A stretch of 64,000 nucleotides of DNA from an uncultured virus (IMG/VR IMGVR_UViG_3300036715_000208) (lineage: Duplodnaviria > Heunggongvirae > Uroviricota > Caudoviricetes). Each line of letters starts with the position of its first letter. The stretch's first letter is position 1. The position numbers were made by a program, and so were the translations under genes. Positions 1 to 8,756 of this stretch are shown piece by piece. The stretch lies in the IMG/VR virus record IMGVR_UViG_3300036715_000208; one strand, given 5' to 3'. The notes below the pieces were generated by a model. It had not been told where the DNA came from, did no database searches, and saw only the letters and a program-made list of their open reading frames with translations.

Positions 1-239
1 GGGGTTATAATTTCCTGAGGAACATTTAATATTCTTTCGTCTGGTCTTGAACAACCACACTTTGTTAATAGACCTTGTGCTGCAAGTTGTGCATCATCAA
101 TAGATGAATACCGTCCAGCATACTGTGCTTTGTTAACAAACAACGTAACGCTGGTTGCTGGTGATGCATCCATTACATAGGTTAAACGATTAACCGATGT
201 GATGTGACGCATTGTGCTTGAGATTCCTTGAATACTCAT
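1..239 (-). CDS. hypothetical protein downstream of portal (3' end truncated by window edge)
   Basis: ATG overlaps the portal stop (ATGA, 236-239); reads MSIQGISSTMRHITSVNRL... with no stop before position 1. Confidence 0.6.
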   Translation of the reverse strand, partial: MSIQGISSTMRHITSVNRLTYVMDASPATSVTLFVNKAQYAGRYSSIDDAQLAAQGLLTKCGCSRPDERILNVPQEIIT

Positions 240-1837
240 TGTTGCATTCCTCCAGTTATCTGAGATAGGTCAATACCCTGTAGTGCTTGCTGTGCCTGTG
301 CTTGCATTTCGGGTGATTCTAATGCAGTACTGGTAGCCTGTCCTGCCGCCTGAGCCATAGATGAACCCACTGCTCCAGCAGTTGTCTGCTGTGTAGCCAT
401 CTGTGATTGTTGCATCTGCTGTTGCTGTTGCATTTTCTTAACTTCATCCTCGCTACGAACCCATTGACGGGCATCGAAACCTAGAGATGTAATTAGTTGA
501 GATGCATAAGCATCCCACTTGAATGTAGCAATAGCATCTGGTGGTAAGTTTCTTACCATCTCTCCAAGCTGCATAAGTTTTTGTAAGTCTGAGTCTCTGC
601 TCAGTGCTTGTAGTCCAGTGATGATCTGTAGATCAAGTGTGCCATCATCAGTAAAGAATTGTTCCTCAAGACCTGGGTCAAGAAGACTTTCCTCTAGCAT
701 CTGAACAATGCATCTCTTTACAATCGGCTCCATCAGTGTACGGGCAATAGAAGAGAATGCTCCTCCAAGTACCGTCTCAAGTTCAGAACCGATCATACGA
801 ACAGCTGTGGCTGTTACTCTGTCTCCAGATGGGATAGCCTGACCAGTCATAAGGAATGCCTGACCAACCTCTCGTCTCATGTTTTCAACGGCAGCTGATG
901 CTGCTTGAATCTGTGGATTCATTGTTGATGCTGGACTAATAGTAAATACATCCTGCTGTCTTGCGGATACGAAGGATCCATTTCTCATAAGAGCAATGTC
1001 ATCTACTTCGGTTACACCACCAGGATCTATTGCAATCCAGAATGCACTAGCAGCAGCAAGACCTTCGATCTGTGCTTTGGTATATGCTTCTAGAGATCTA
1101 ATATCTCCAATGATATCTTCGCAGTGAGATCTACCATAGTTCTCACCAGGAATACTTAGCCATCTAAGAACTGCAAATGTTGGAACCAAATAGTATCCAT
1201 CATTAATCAGTTCTCCAGCTGAGTCTTCCTTTCTATAGTACCACCTACCATCATCTTGTTTGATAAACTGACAGTAGAATGTTCTATATCCTTGTCGATA
1301 CTCAATAGATGATTGATCATATCTAATATCTTCTGGATCAATAGCCTCGTATTCAAGATGTATAATCTCAATTACTTCTCCCATTACATCTCTCTGTACT
1401 ACGTATTGGTCAAGCCGATAGTTAGTATAGAAAAACTTATCATCCATCATCATTAGAATATCTCCAGTGATGATTAGATTTTGTAATGCTTGATAGACAG
1501 ATTCCCGTAAGTTAGTTGAGATTAACTTTCGGTAGACCTGATAAGACAATGTCTCAAGGTACTGATCTACTTCAAAGGGAGCTGATGATCCATCCTTCAT
1601 TCCGAATCTAAAGAATGGTGCATCGTTCAATGGAATCAATGCGCTCAACATCCGCGAAGCAAGGGAGGTTACTCCTCTGCTACTGACGGATGAGTATGGT
1701 TGTGGTAAAGATCTACCCTCATCCCATGAGGATGGTGGTAGGATTGTCGGGATTGTAAGTGCTGAACAGAAACGCGATCTTTCTAATTTACTAGATCTAT
1801 TTCCATCCAGTATGCGAAACCGTTCTTGTAACATCAT
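236..1837 (-). CDS. head-to-tail connector (portal), T7 gp8-like
   Basis: 533 aa; motifs GVTSLASRMLSAL, GENYGRSHCE, RVTATAVR, ELETVLGGAFS and ITGLQALSR are typical of T7-family portals. Confidence 0.95.
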   Translation of the reverse strand: MMLQERFRILDGNRSSKLERSRFCSALTIPTILPPSSWDEGRSLPQPYSSVSSRGVTSLASRMLSALIPLNDAPFFRFGMKDGSSAPFEVDQYLETLSYQVYRKLISTNLRESVYQALQNLIITGDILMMMDDKFFYTNYRLDQYVVQRDVMGEVIEIIHLEYEAIDPEDIRYDQSSIEYRQGYRTFYCQFIKQDDGRWYYRKEDSAGELINDGYYLVPTFAVLRWLSIPGENYGRSHCEDIIGDIRSLEAYTKAQIEGLAAASAFWIAIDPGGVTEVDDIALMRNGSFVSARQQDVFTISPASTMNPQIQAASAAVENMRREVGQAFLMTGQAIPSGDRVTATAVRMIGSELETVLGGAFSSIARTLMEPIVKRCIVQMLEESLLDPGLEEQFFTDDGTLDLQIITGLQALSRDSDLQKLMQLGEMVRNLPPDAIATFKWDAYASQLITSLGFDARQWVRSEDEVKKMQQQQQMQQSQMATQQTTAGAVGSSMAQAAGQATSTALESPEMQAQAQQALQGIDLSQITGGMQQ

Positions 1838-2166
1838 AGTGGCTTCTCACTCTTGTTTACCACACCCTTACCGAGCGCAGTATAGAATGATACCTTTGAC
1901 AATGATGCCTTCTTATCCTTTTTGTTTGCATCTGATTCATCAATCACGGCTTGTTCAGCCTTGTTGATACCAGCAATTCTCTGTGCTTCTTCTTGAGCAA
2001 GTCTTTCTTGCTCTAGCTTATCACGTTCTTCTCTCTGCTTCTCTTCATCAAGAGCACGTGCTCTTCGTCTTTCTTCTTGTTCATCTTGGAATCGACGCTC
2101 GTCTGCAAGTAGTTTAGCTTGTTCAGCTGCAGTCATTCCTCCGCTAATTTTTGGCGATCCGCCCAT
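1834..2166 (-). CDS. putative virion assembly protein (T7 gp7.3 position)
   Basis: MGGSPK N-terminus, charged coiled coil, directly upstream of portal. Confidence 0.5.
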   Translation of the reverse strand: MGGSPKISGGMTAAEQAKLLADERRFQDEQEERRRARALDEEKQREERDKLEQERLAQEEAQRIAGINKAEQAVIDESDANKKDKKASLSKVSFYTALGKGVVNKSEKPL

Positions 2167-2175
2167 GTTAATTCC

Positions 2176-2925
2176 TTATAGTGGTTTTTCAATATATGTA
2201 GCCCCACGATAGGAGAGGCTTTGTGCATCTGAAAGAGCTTGCTGTTTATCAGCAATGAATTTCTTTTTAGCTTCTTCATTCTTTACAACTAGCATTGCCT
2301 GTTCGGTATCAAATTGTTTTTGATATGATTCAGCTGCACTTGTATTACTGGAATGAATTTGTTGATTAAATAAGAACTGATCTCCTTCTTGACCAAGAAG
2401 AAACTTGTTTCCTCGTTTACTTGTATCAAGTTTAATAATCTGTTCCATAGATAATCTTTCTCCAGTTTTTCTATCAAACATTCTATTATACGAAACAGTT
2501 TTATCATTAAAGAATTGACTGTTTGGGTTGTAAGCAGATACATATGAACCAGTTGGTTCATATCTTCTTAAACTTGAATCTGCTCGTAGATCAGATAACT
2601 TGGTTTCATTACTAGTTACCTTTTGATATCTTTCCCACTCCTGTCCTCCACGCATTCTAAGATAGTCAGGATTTTTTCCTTGAAAACCAGCTAATGCTTT
2701 GGCTTTCCATCCACTAAGATAAGCATCTTCTGCTCTTTTAAATCTATCTTCCCAGATATCATTCCACTTATTAAACTCTCCAGCCGAAGCCGTAGATCTA
2801 TTTCTATAATCTGCTGCTGTATCTCTATAAAACTTACCAAGATTTGATAGCTCTTCTGGTTTGTAGTTGGTGTCTCTCATCTTGGCAATGGATCTATAAT
2901 AATCAGCTGATGATTGATTAGCCAT
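2176..2925 (-). CDS. hypothetical protein, possibly virion-associated
   Basis: 249-aa ORF in operon; ends in EKPL like the adjacent ORF. Confidence 0.6.
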   Translation of the reverse strand: MANQSSADYYRSIAKMRDTNYKPEELSNLGKFYRDTAADYRNRSTASAGEFNKWNDIWEDRFKRAEDAYLSGWKAKALAGFQGKNPDYLRMRGGQEWERYQKVTSNETKLSDLRADSSLRRYEPTGSYVSAYNPNSQFFNDKTVSYNRMFDRKTGERLSMEQIIKLDTSKRGNKFLLGQEGDQFLFNQQIHSSNTSAAESYQKQFDTEQAMLVVKNEEAKKKFIADKQQALSDAQSLSYRGATYIEKPL

Positions 2926-3115
2926 TGTTATTATCCCTTTCCTGTAGTCTTACGATTACTTCAAGTTTACCAATGAAGTCCAGCTTTCCAGAAGTGTACG
3001 CTATATTTCTAGCCAGTAGTTCACTGGATTGATTTTGGTCGTAACTTGGTAGCTGAACCCATTCCTTCATTATCTTGATCCAGTCTGGATCTAGATACGG
3101 ATACTTTGAGTTCAT
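2918..3115 (-). CDS. hypothetical protein (T7 gp6.5-like position)
   Basis: 65 aa, coupled to neighbouring ORFs. Confidence 0.55.
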   Translation of the reverse strand: MNSKYPYLDPDWIKIMKEWVQLPSYDQNQSSELLARNIAYTSGKLDFIGKLEVIVRLQERDNNNG

Positions 3116-3242
3116 TTAATTCTCTTTCTAATCCTGTGATGTATGTTGCTAGTTGCCTAGCTAGTCTACCAAACTCTGGTCCCGTTAAAGGAAGACCGTT
3201 ATCTAGTTTGACTTGTAGTGTTTCTTCGATTATATTTTTCAT
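3021..3242 (-). CDS. hypothetical protein
   Basis: ATG overlaps the RNR stop; 73 aa. Confidence 0.5.
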   Translation of the reverse strand: MKNIIEETLQVKLDNGLPLTGPEFGRLARQLATYITGLERELNELKVSVSRSRLDQDNEGMGSATKLRPKSIQ

Positions 3243-5119
3243 ATGATTGAACAGCCTCCAGCTGAACAGGCTGGCTCATGAGCAGCCTTGGTTGTGTCTT
3301 CTGTTTCGTAGTTACTAAGCACACTAAAGTCAACCGCAATATTTGGAAATGCATTATATTGTTCTTCAGTTATTTCCTCAAAGGGTGCTTGTTGATATGT
3401 GTGTTCAGACTTTGGAAGGAATGAGACACCAGAGATGCTATCGAACTGCTCATATACTGTAGCCCCTAGTCTTAGGAACTCACTGTCTGTGTAGTTAATA
3501 GTTACTGATGGCTTGTGTTCACAATAGTAATCAGCATAGATTCTCCACAGAATTAGATGCGTCTCTGCATCTAGATCCTGCGTTGTTCTTGCTCCTCTTG
3601 GAGCAGACATTGCAAAGGAGAACACGGCAGTTGATGTTGGATTGAGAACACAATCCTCACATGCTACTCCTTGATCCTTCATCAACTCATATAATGGATC
3701 CTTCTTATCAATACGAACTCGTCTGATATAGAATGGAGCATACTGTGGATGTAGACCTGATGAACAACCAGCTAAACAAGATGTCGTACCTTCAGGCTTG
3801 ACACATGTAATTGATTTCGATGGTTCTGTATCTAGCTTCATTGCCCACTCAACATTTACTGTCTGGGATACATCTCTAATATCTTCTAAGAATTTAATTA
3901 AATCGTATGGAGATGTTCTTCCACAGGTAAATGCGTTGTCAAAGATACCAGTCATCGACACACCTAGTAATCTTTCCTCTTCACAATTCTCTTTCCATTC
4001 CTTTCGTAGGTATGGAAAGTATGTGAACTTAGATTGAACTGTACCAATGATAGTAGCCATCTCAATCTTACGTCTAATGTCCATCTTGGAATCGTGTTCC
4101 TTGATAACAATAGTAGATAGGTTACAAAACTCCATCGGTCTGAGAATAATCTCAGAGCATGGGTTAGTTCCTAGATGACAGTTATCTGGTACTGCTCTAC
4201 CAACTCTTGAGCATACAGTCTGTAGTGCTTCTCTGTTTAAGATACCGCGCTCACCGCTGAATGAGTTATACAATGATGTCCACTCCTGTAGGAATCTACC
4301 TAGGGTTGGCTTGGTTGTATATACCGCAGAGTTATTAGCAAGTGATCGGTAGCTGTGAGATTCCCACCAGTTACCAGACTTGCAGTGTGTCATCTCTTGA
4401 TCGTCTAGATCAGACAGTGAGATCATTGCTGATCTACGTACTCCACCTACGATGACAGACTGTGCAATGACACAGCAGATGTCGTGACACTCTAGGGAAC
4501 TTAGTCTACGACCACGTGCCTTGATAAATGTACCGACAATAAACTTAAAGACAGCCTCTAGTGGAGCTGGACCAGAAGCCCGTCCACCGAATGTCTTTAG
4601 TCTTGCTCCTGATGGTCTTACCAATGACATGTCCCATGTTGGGTGGATGCCATTGTATAGATACGTCAGAAGATTCTTAAGTGAATCGCACCAACCCTCG
4701 CGGCTATCTGGTACAGTGATTACAATAGAACTGTCTCTTGTAATAGTAGATGGAATCTGCTGTAGTTTTTCTACGCATCGTCTCTCTACGCTGTAACCAA
4801 CACCAGTACCACACATAAGGATGTATTGTAACTCAGCAAACGCCGTGATACAATCCATCTCCATGTAGGCACAGTTGTACAGTGCGGTGTGATCTCTATC
4901 CAATGCAGGACCAGCCGTCATCAATGCTCTCATACTTGGGAATACTTCCCTGTTGATGACAGCTCTCTTGATATCTGATCTGTCTAATAGCTTTGGTTCC
5001 TTGGTGGTAAAGTAATTCCACCAACGGTCTACTGTTTCTTCCCATGTCTCTCGTCTACCCTGTGATTCAATCCACCTTGAATATCTACTAAGGGCAATAA
5101 AGTTCTCAAATGTATTCAT
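3239..5119 (-). CDS. nrdJ: class II (adenosylcobalamin-dependent) ribonucleotide reductase
   Basis: RRETWEETVDR, PSMRAL, NCA, GGVRRSA, GTNPCSEI, VKPEGTTS and C-terminal CSAGGC; no beta-subunit gene present. Confidence 0.93.
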   Translation of the reverse strand: MNTFENFIALSRYSRWIESQGRRETWEETVDRWWNYFTTKEPKLLDRSDIKRAVINREVFPSMRALMTAGPALDRDHTALYNCAYMEMDCITAFAELQYILMCGTGVGYSVERRCVEKLQQIPSTITRDSSIVITVPDSREGWCDSLKNLLTYLYNGIHPTWDMSLVRPSGARLKTFGGRASGPAPLEAVFKFIVGTFIKARGRRLSSLECHDICCVIAQSVIVGGVRRSAMISLSDLDDQEMTHCKSGNWWESHSYRSLANNSAVYTTKPTLGRFLQEWTSLYNSFSGERGILNREALQTVCSRVGRAVPDNCHLGTNPCSEIILRPMEFCNLSTIVIKEHDSKMDIRRKIEMATIIGTVQSKFTYFPYLRKEWKENCEEERLLGVSMTGIFDNAFTCGRTSPYDLIKFLEDIRDVSQTVNVEWAMKLDTEPSKSITCVKPEGTTSCLAGCSSGLHPQYAPFYIRRVRIDKKDPLYELMKDQGVACEDCVLNPTSTAVFSFAMSAPRGARTTQDLDAETHLILWRIYADYYCEHKPSVTINYTDSEFLRLGATVYEQFDSISGVSFLPKSEHTYQQAPFEEITEEQYNAFPNIAVDFSVLSNYETEDTTKAAHEPACSAGGCSII

Positions 5120-5120
5120 G

Positions 5121-5636
5121 TTATCCTAAACCTGTTGATCCAAAGCCACCAGTATTTCTATAGGTATTACTTAGTTCATCAACCACAACGAATGACGGAT
5201 TTATAAAAGGCATAATCATCAACTGAGCAATTCTATCTCCGTCTTCAATAATGAATATCTCGTTTCCGTCGTTCCTTAGTAAGACACAGATGTCTCCTCT
5301 ATAGTCAGAGTCAATAAGACCTGGACTATTTGGAATAGTAATGCCCTTCTTATAGGCAAGACCAGAACGGGGCATGATGAATGCACACACTTCTTCGGCT
5401 AACTCTAGTGACAGCCCAGTAGATACTAGGACCGTCTCGTTTGGATTGACCACAATGGGGTTAATCAGGTCAGCTCTTAGGTCAAACCCAGCTGATCCCT
5501 TAGTAGCCTTCTTGGGTACTCCATGCTTTCCAGTACGGATCTTAACCATATTGGGAAAGTCATATTGAAATGAGTTGGCAACCAAGTTAACTGGATTAGC
5601 TACTGTCATTGTGTCAACTTTATATTCGTTCTTCAT
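5121..5636 (-). CDS. dut: dUTPase (trimeric)
   Basis: SAGFDL, PRSGLA, GLIDSDYRG, GDRIAQL and RNTGGFGSTG motifs; start moved to MKNEY (ATG 5636, GAGGA RBS). Confidence 0.96.
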   Translation of the reverse strand: MKNEYKVDTMTVANPVNLVANSFQYDFPNMVKIRTGKHGVPKKATKGSAGFDLRADLINPIVVNPNETVLVSTGLSLELAEEVCAFIMPRSGLAYKKGITIPNSPGLIDSDYRGDICVLLRNDGNEIFIIEDGDRIAQLMIMPFINPSFVVVDELSNTYRNTGGFGSTGLG

Positions 5637-5647
5637 ATTTTGTTCCT

Positions 5648-5675
5648 CTATGTTACGTCTCCTACTACTCGTCAT
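5648..5675 (-). promoter_or_regulatory. candidate phage RNAP promoter, copy 1
   Basis: Minus strand ATGACGAGTAGTAGGAGACGTAACATAG; near-identical copies at 19315-19342 and 26811-26838. Confidence 0.65.
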
Positions 5676-6379
5676 GGTTCCCAGGGTAGGGAATACTCCC
5701 CGTCCCGTAGGATTCTGACGGCTCTTGCCATAGCCAAGGCATCCTCGTAGGTATAGGATTGTCCTTCCTTGTTCTTCCTGCGTTCGTACAGGGACAGGAC
5801 TAGGGGCGTATGGTTGCGCTTAGAGGTGCTGTTCAACAGATCCTCTGCTTTCTTTGGACCCATCTTCCAGATACCACCGATATTATCGGTACTATCTCCA
5901 GTGATCCACTGTCTGTGGAACCACCAGTTGGCTGTGTCCACATCGGTATACTGTACTTCTCCTGCCTCATCTGTTGCTGTTATGCGTGGATAGAAGGAGT
6001 ATCCAGGGATCTGCTTGAGATCCTTGTCAATAGTTACACCAATCATTCTTAAAGCTGATTGTTCTATACCGATTATATCGTCTGCCTCAAGCCGTGGAAT
6101 TACCATGATCTTACACTTATCCCTAAGTATTTCAAAGGCAAGTGGTAGGTTATCTGGGCTTGGTTTGTCACTACGATTAAGCTTATACTGCTTATAGTAA
6201 TCTCTTCTGAAGTTATCATCACGTCTACAAGACAGAGCTACACATATATCAGTACATAAAGGTGGAGTCCATCGCTTTAGGTCATCATCAATTCTTGACT
6301 CTAACCAATCACTACCCTCACTGTCAGCCCAGAAAGCTGCACGATATGCCAGAATATCTCCGTCTAGTATTGCTCTCAT
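5672..6379 (-). CDS. 5'-3' exonuclease, T7 gp6-like
   Basis: LDGDILAY, YKLNR, LEADD, DKDLKQIPG and GDSTDNIGG motifs. Confidence 0.92.
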   Translation of the reverse strand: MRAILDGDILAYRAAFWADSEGSDWLESRIDDDLKRWTPPLCTDICVALSCRRDDNFRRDYYKQYKLNRSDKPSPDNLPLAFEILRDKCKIMVIPRLEADDIIGIEQSALRMIGVTIDKDLKQIPGYSFYPRITATDEAGEVQYTDVDTANWWFHRQWITGDSTDNIGGIWKMGPKKAEDLLNSTSKRNHTPLVLSLYERRKNKEGQSYTYEDALAMARAVRILRDGEYSLPWEP

Positions 6380-6546
6380 CGGGTGCTCTCCATAAGATAC
6401 CAGTATCCTTGTACCTTATATAGTTTATATTGAACTGTCTTGTTTTCGGTTACATCAAGAGTAACATAACGATACTTTTGATCTACATTAATTTCTTGTC
6501 CCTTGAGTGGTCCATCTAGAACCGTTGCAATTTTACCACCAACCAT
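6376..6546 (-). CDS. small hypothetical protein (56 aa, not in ORF track)
   Basis: MVGGKIATVLDGPLKG...; fills the gap and its stop overlaps the exonuclease ATG. Confidence 0.5.
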   Translation of the reverse strand: MVGGKIATVLDGPLKGQEINVDQKYRYVTLDVTENKTVQYKLYKVQGYWYLMESTR

Positions 6547-6895
6547 GTAGATAACATCCTTTATCTGCTGCTACTCTGAACCATTTACCAAGCAGTCTTA
6601 GTTCCTTGGTGTTAATATTTCCTCGAAATAGATCTGAACGTTTCAGTGGATCTTCAAGATAGTTTTCAATTGAACTTGCTATCTTATGTACTGCTTCATT
6701 AGATAATGATTCAGTGTACAATGAGATACCGCTAAGGTCTTCAACAATCTTTGCATATACTTTGCCACGTATCCATGCTAGATTTTCACTAACAACCCCA
6801 CGACAAAGTTCTTCAGTACCCGCAAACCATTCATTGTCCGCATCAATATGTTCACCATCAGCAAACTCCTTATAAGCTATTGTATCAAGTCCCAT
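6533..6895 (-). CDS. hypothetical phage protein
   Basis: 120 aa, MGLD start, AAGGAG RBS. Confidence 0.7.
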   Translation of the reverse strand: MGLDTIAYKEFADGEHIDADNEWFAGTEELCRGVVSENLAWIRGKVYAKIVEDLSGISLYTESLSNEAVHKIASSIENYLEDPLKRSDLFRGNINTKELRLLGKWFRVAADKGCYLHGWW

Positions 6896-6906
6896 TGTTA
6901 TTCTCC

Positions 6907-7101
6907 TTAAGTTTCAATCCATCTATCAAAATCGTATTCATCATCTTGACGGTGGATAATAGGAAATCCTGTTGATCTAAGATCTCTAATGTTAACACCG
7001 TCAAGAACCAAAGCACGTAACTGATTGTCTGATATAGTATGAACCTCTGCTGTTTGCAGCGGTCCCCACGATCCATCCTCTAGTACAACGATGCGTACCA
7101 T
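6907..7101 (-). CDS. hypothetical protein
   Basis: 64 aa, AAGGAG RBS, TAATG coupling. Confidence 0.6.
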   Translation of the reverse strand: MVRIVVLEDGSWGPLQTAEVHTISDNQLRALVLDGVNIRDLRSTGFPIIHRQDDEYDFDRWIET

Positions 7102-7280
7102 TATGGTGTCTCCTTTGTAATCTTCTTTGCAATGTTGCTAAGGGTAATTAGAAATCCTTGAATCCCAACTGAAGTTAACGGAGATAATCCACAGTATCTG
7201 TTTAAAAATACAAACACACCTATATGAATTGCCACACCCATGCAAACAGCAAGGGTATAATACAATATTATTTTGATCAT
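7101..7280 (-). CDS. small membrane protein (2 hydrophobic segments)
   Basis: Probable start MIKIILYY overlaps the upstream stop; hydrophobic. Confidence 0.55.
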   Translation of the reverse strand: MIKIILYYTLAVCMGVAIHIGVFVFLNRYCGLSPLTSVGIQGFLITLSNIAKKITKETP

Positions 7281-7525
7281 GGTGTTTCCTTGAAGCAGTC
7301 CCATTCCCGATCTTTTGCACATTCGCTCTCTTCTCCAACATGATAAAATCTTGAGTACAGAACCTGCAATACGCAAATTTCTCGTCGCGCTTCGTCGCGA
7401 TCTTTGCGCAACTGTTCGGTATCTCCTAACAGTTGGCGAATCCTCGCGTCCATCTCAGTCGCATTAGTCCGCCTATCCCGCAGTTCTTCCATTAGATCTT
7501 GATAAACGTAATCGTTCATATCCAT
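7277..7525 (-). CDS. hypothetical coiled-coil protein
   Basis: 82 aa with DRDEARREIC motif; GAGGA RBS. Confidence 0.6.
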   Translation of the reverse strand: MDMNDYVYQDLMEELRDRRTNATEMDARIRQLLGDTEQLRKDRDEARREICVLQVLYSRFYHVGEESECAKDREWDCFKETP

Positions 7526-7527
7526 TA

Positions 7528-8238
7528 TTAATCTTCCTCATCATTCTCATCGAAGATATCTTTAAAGAATTCTTCAAGAGTTATCTTCTCATCTTTACGC
7601 ATCTTATTACAAGCAAGACAATCACACTCAGTATAAGACTGAGGAGATATATCTAGCCACAATAGTAATCTATTCTTTATCTTTTCCTTGAATGAATCAA
7701 GAGTATCGTCGTTCTTAATTACATAGTGGAAAAGATCTTGATAGTCCTTAGCTCCTAATTCGTATTGGTTCGCCATGTCTTCTGACTCATGTGACCTCCA
7801 CTCTGCACGGTTCTCTGCAAGATCCCGTGTTCCCTTAGAGATAAAGACTGTCTTAGCCCCAAGCTGCTTTCCAAGGTTAAGTTCATTAAGATAACGACAA
7901 TCATCAACGATAACAATCGTCTCTTTCCAAAGCTTATCAAGACACTGGGATGCCTTGTTATCCTTCTCATATAGTTCAAGCCACTGCTCCTTGAATTTCT
8001 TGATCCAATAATCAGGATCTTCTTTTCTTTTACCTTCACCAATTGATTGACAGAATGCCCGATACTCAATTGGGTTAGCTTCTTTTGTTAGGTTAGCTGC
8101 TGTTGCAGCGTCCTTAATACTTTTTGCAAAGGATAACAACACTGGTTTGAAATCGTTCTTCTTGGCATACTTTGCCACGATGTCTGCTGCTGTTGTCTTT
8201 CCAACCCTTGCTTGTCCCGCAAAGAAAATGGTTATCAT
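7528..8238 (-). CDS. deoxynucleoside monophosphate kinase (P-loop)
   Basis: GQARVGKT Walker A; SFAKSIK, DPDYW, DDCRYLNE and HESE motifs of the phage dNMP kinase family. Confidence 0.8.
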   Translation of the reverse strand: MITIFFAGQARVGKTTAADIVAKYAKKNDFKPVLLSFAKSIKDAATAANLTKEANPIEYRAFCQSIGEGKRKEDPDYWIKKFKEQWLELYEKDNKASQCLDKLWKETIVIVDDCRYLNELNLGKQLGAKTVFISKGTRDLAENRAEWRSHESEDMANQYELGAKDYQDLFHYVIKNDDTLDSFKEKIKNRLLLWLDISPQSYTECDCLACNKMRKDEKITLEEFFKDIFDENDEED

Positions 8239-8756
8239 TTATATTTCCTGTAGATACTGGCGGGATGCCAGTACTCTTGTAGTTTAAATAGATTACACAC
8301 GAATGAAGAACATGCTCTTGGTCTTACTAGACCAAGGAATCTTCCAATGAATTGATGAAACAACATATCCCACGGGTGTGCATCAGTATATGTTTCAGCT
8401 CTTCTCATAACATCTTCTAGATCAAAGACAAATTCCCCCACATATTTTCTGTGTACTAGAACAGCACCCATTCTTTCTAGAACCCCTTCCTTATGAACTC
8501 TTGCCGTTGTTTTATAAAAGCCATCTACTATTTTTCCTTCACAGATAGTGATTGATATCTCACCAACCCCAGGAATTAAGATGATAGGACCAACGTGTGT
8601 AATGTTACTGAGTCCACATATCTTTGCTAATGTTCCAAAGAATTTTCCTTGTAGTTTAGAAAAATCATAGAAGCCGATATAGCATTTATACTTAGTGAGT
8701 CTCCGACCAGTTTCTCCCAACCTTATATTCCGCATTGATTGGCAGTTTGATTCCAA
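8235..8756 (-). CDS. putative permuted papain-like (NlpC/P60) enzyme; true start probably near 8700
   Basis: His (ITHVG) precedes Cys (ACSSFV), the permuted catalytic order. Confidence 0.4.
   Translation of the reverse strand: MESNCQSMRNIRLGETGRRLTKYKCYIGFYDFSKLQGKFFGTLAKICGLSNITHVGPIILIPGVGEISITICEGKIVDGFYKTTARVHKEGVLERMGAVLVHRKYVGEFVFDLEDVMRRAETYTDAHPWDMLFHQFIGRFLGLVRPRACSSFVCNLFKLQEYWHPASIYRKYK

Noticed and set aside
5637..5675. Longer dUTPase start (MTSSRRRN...)
   Set aside because: It overlaps the promoter motif; the ATG at 5636 has a proper RBS.
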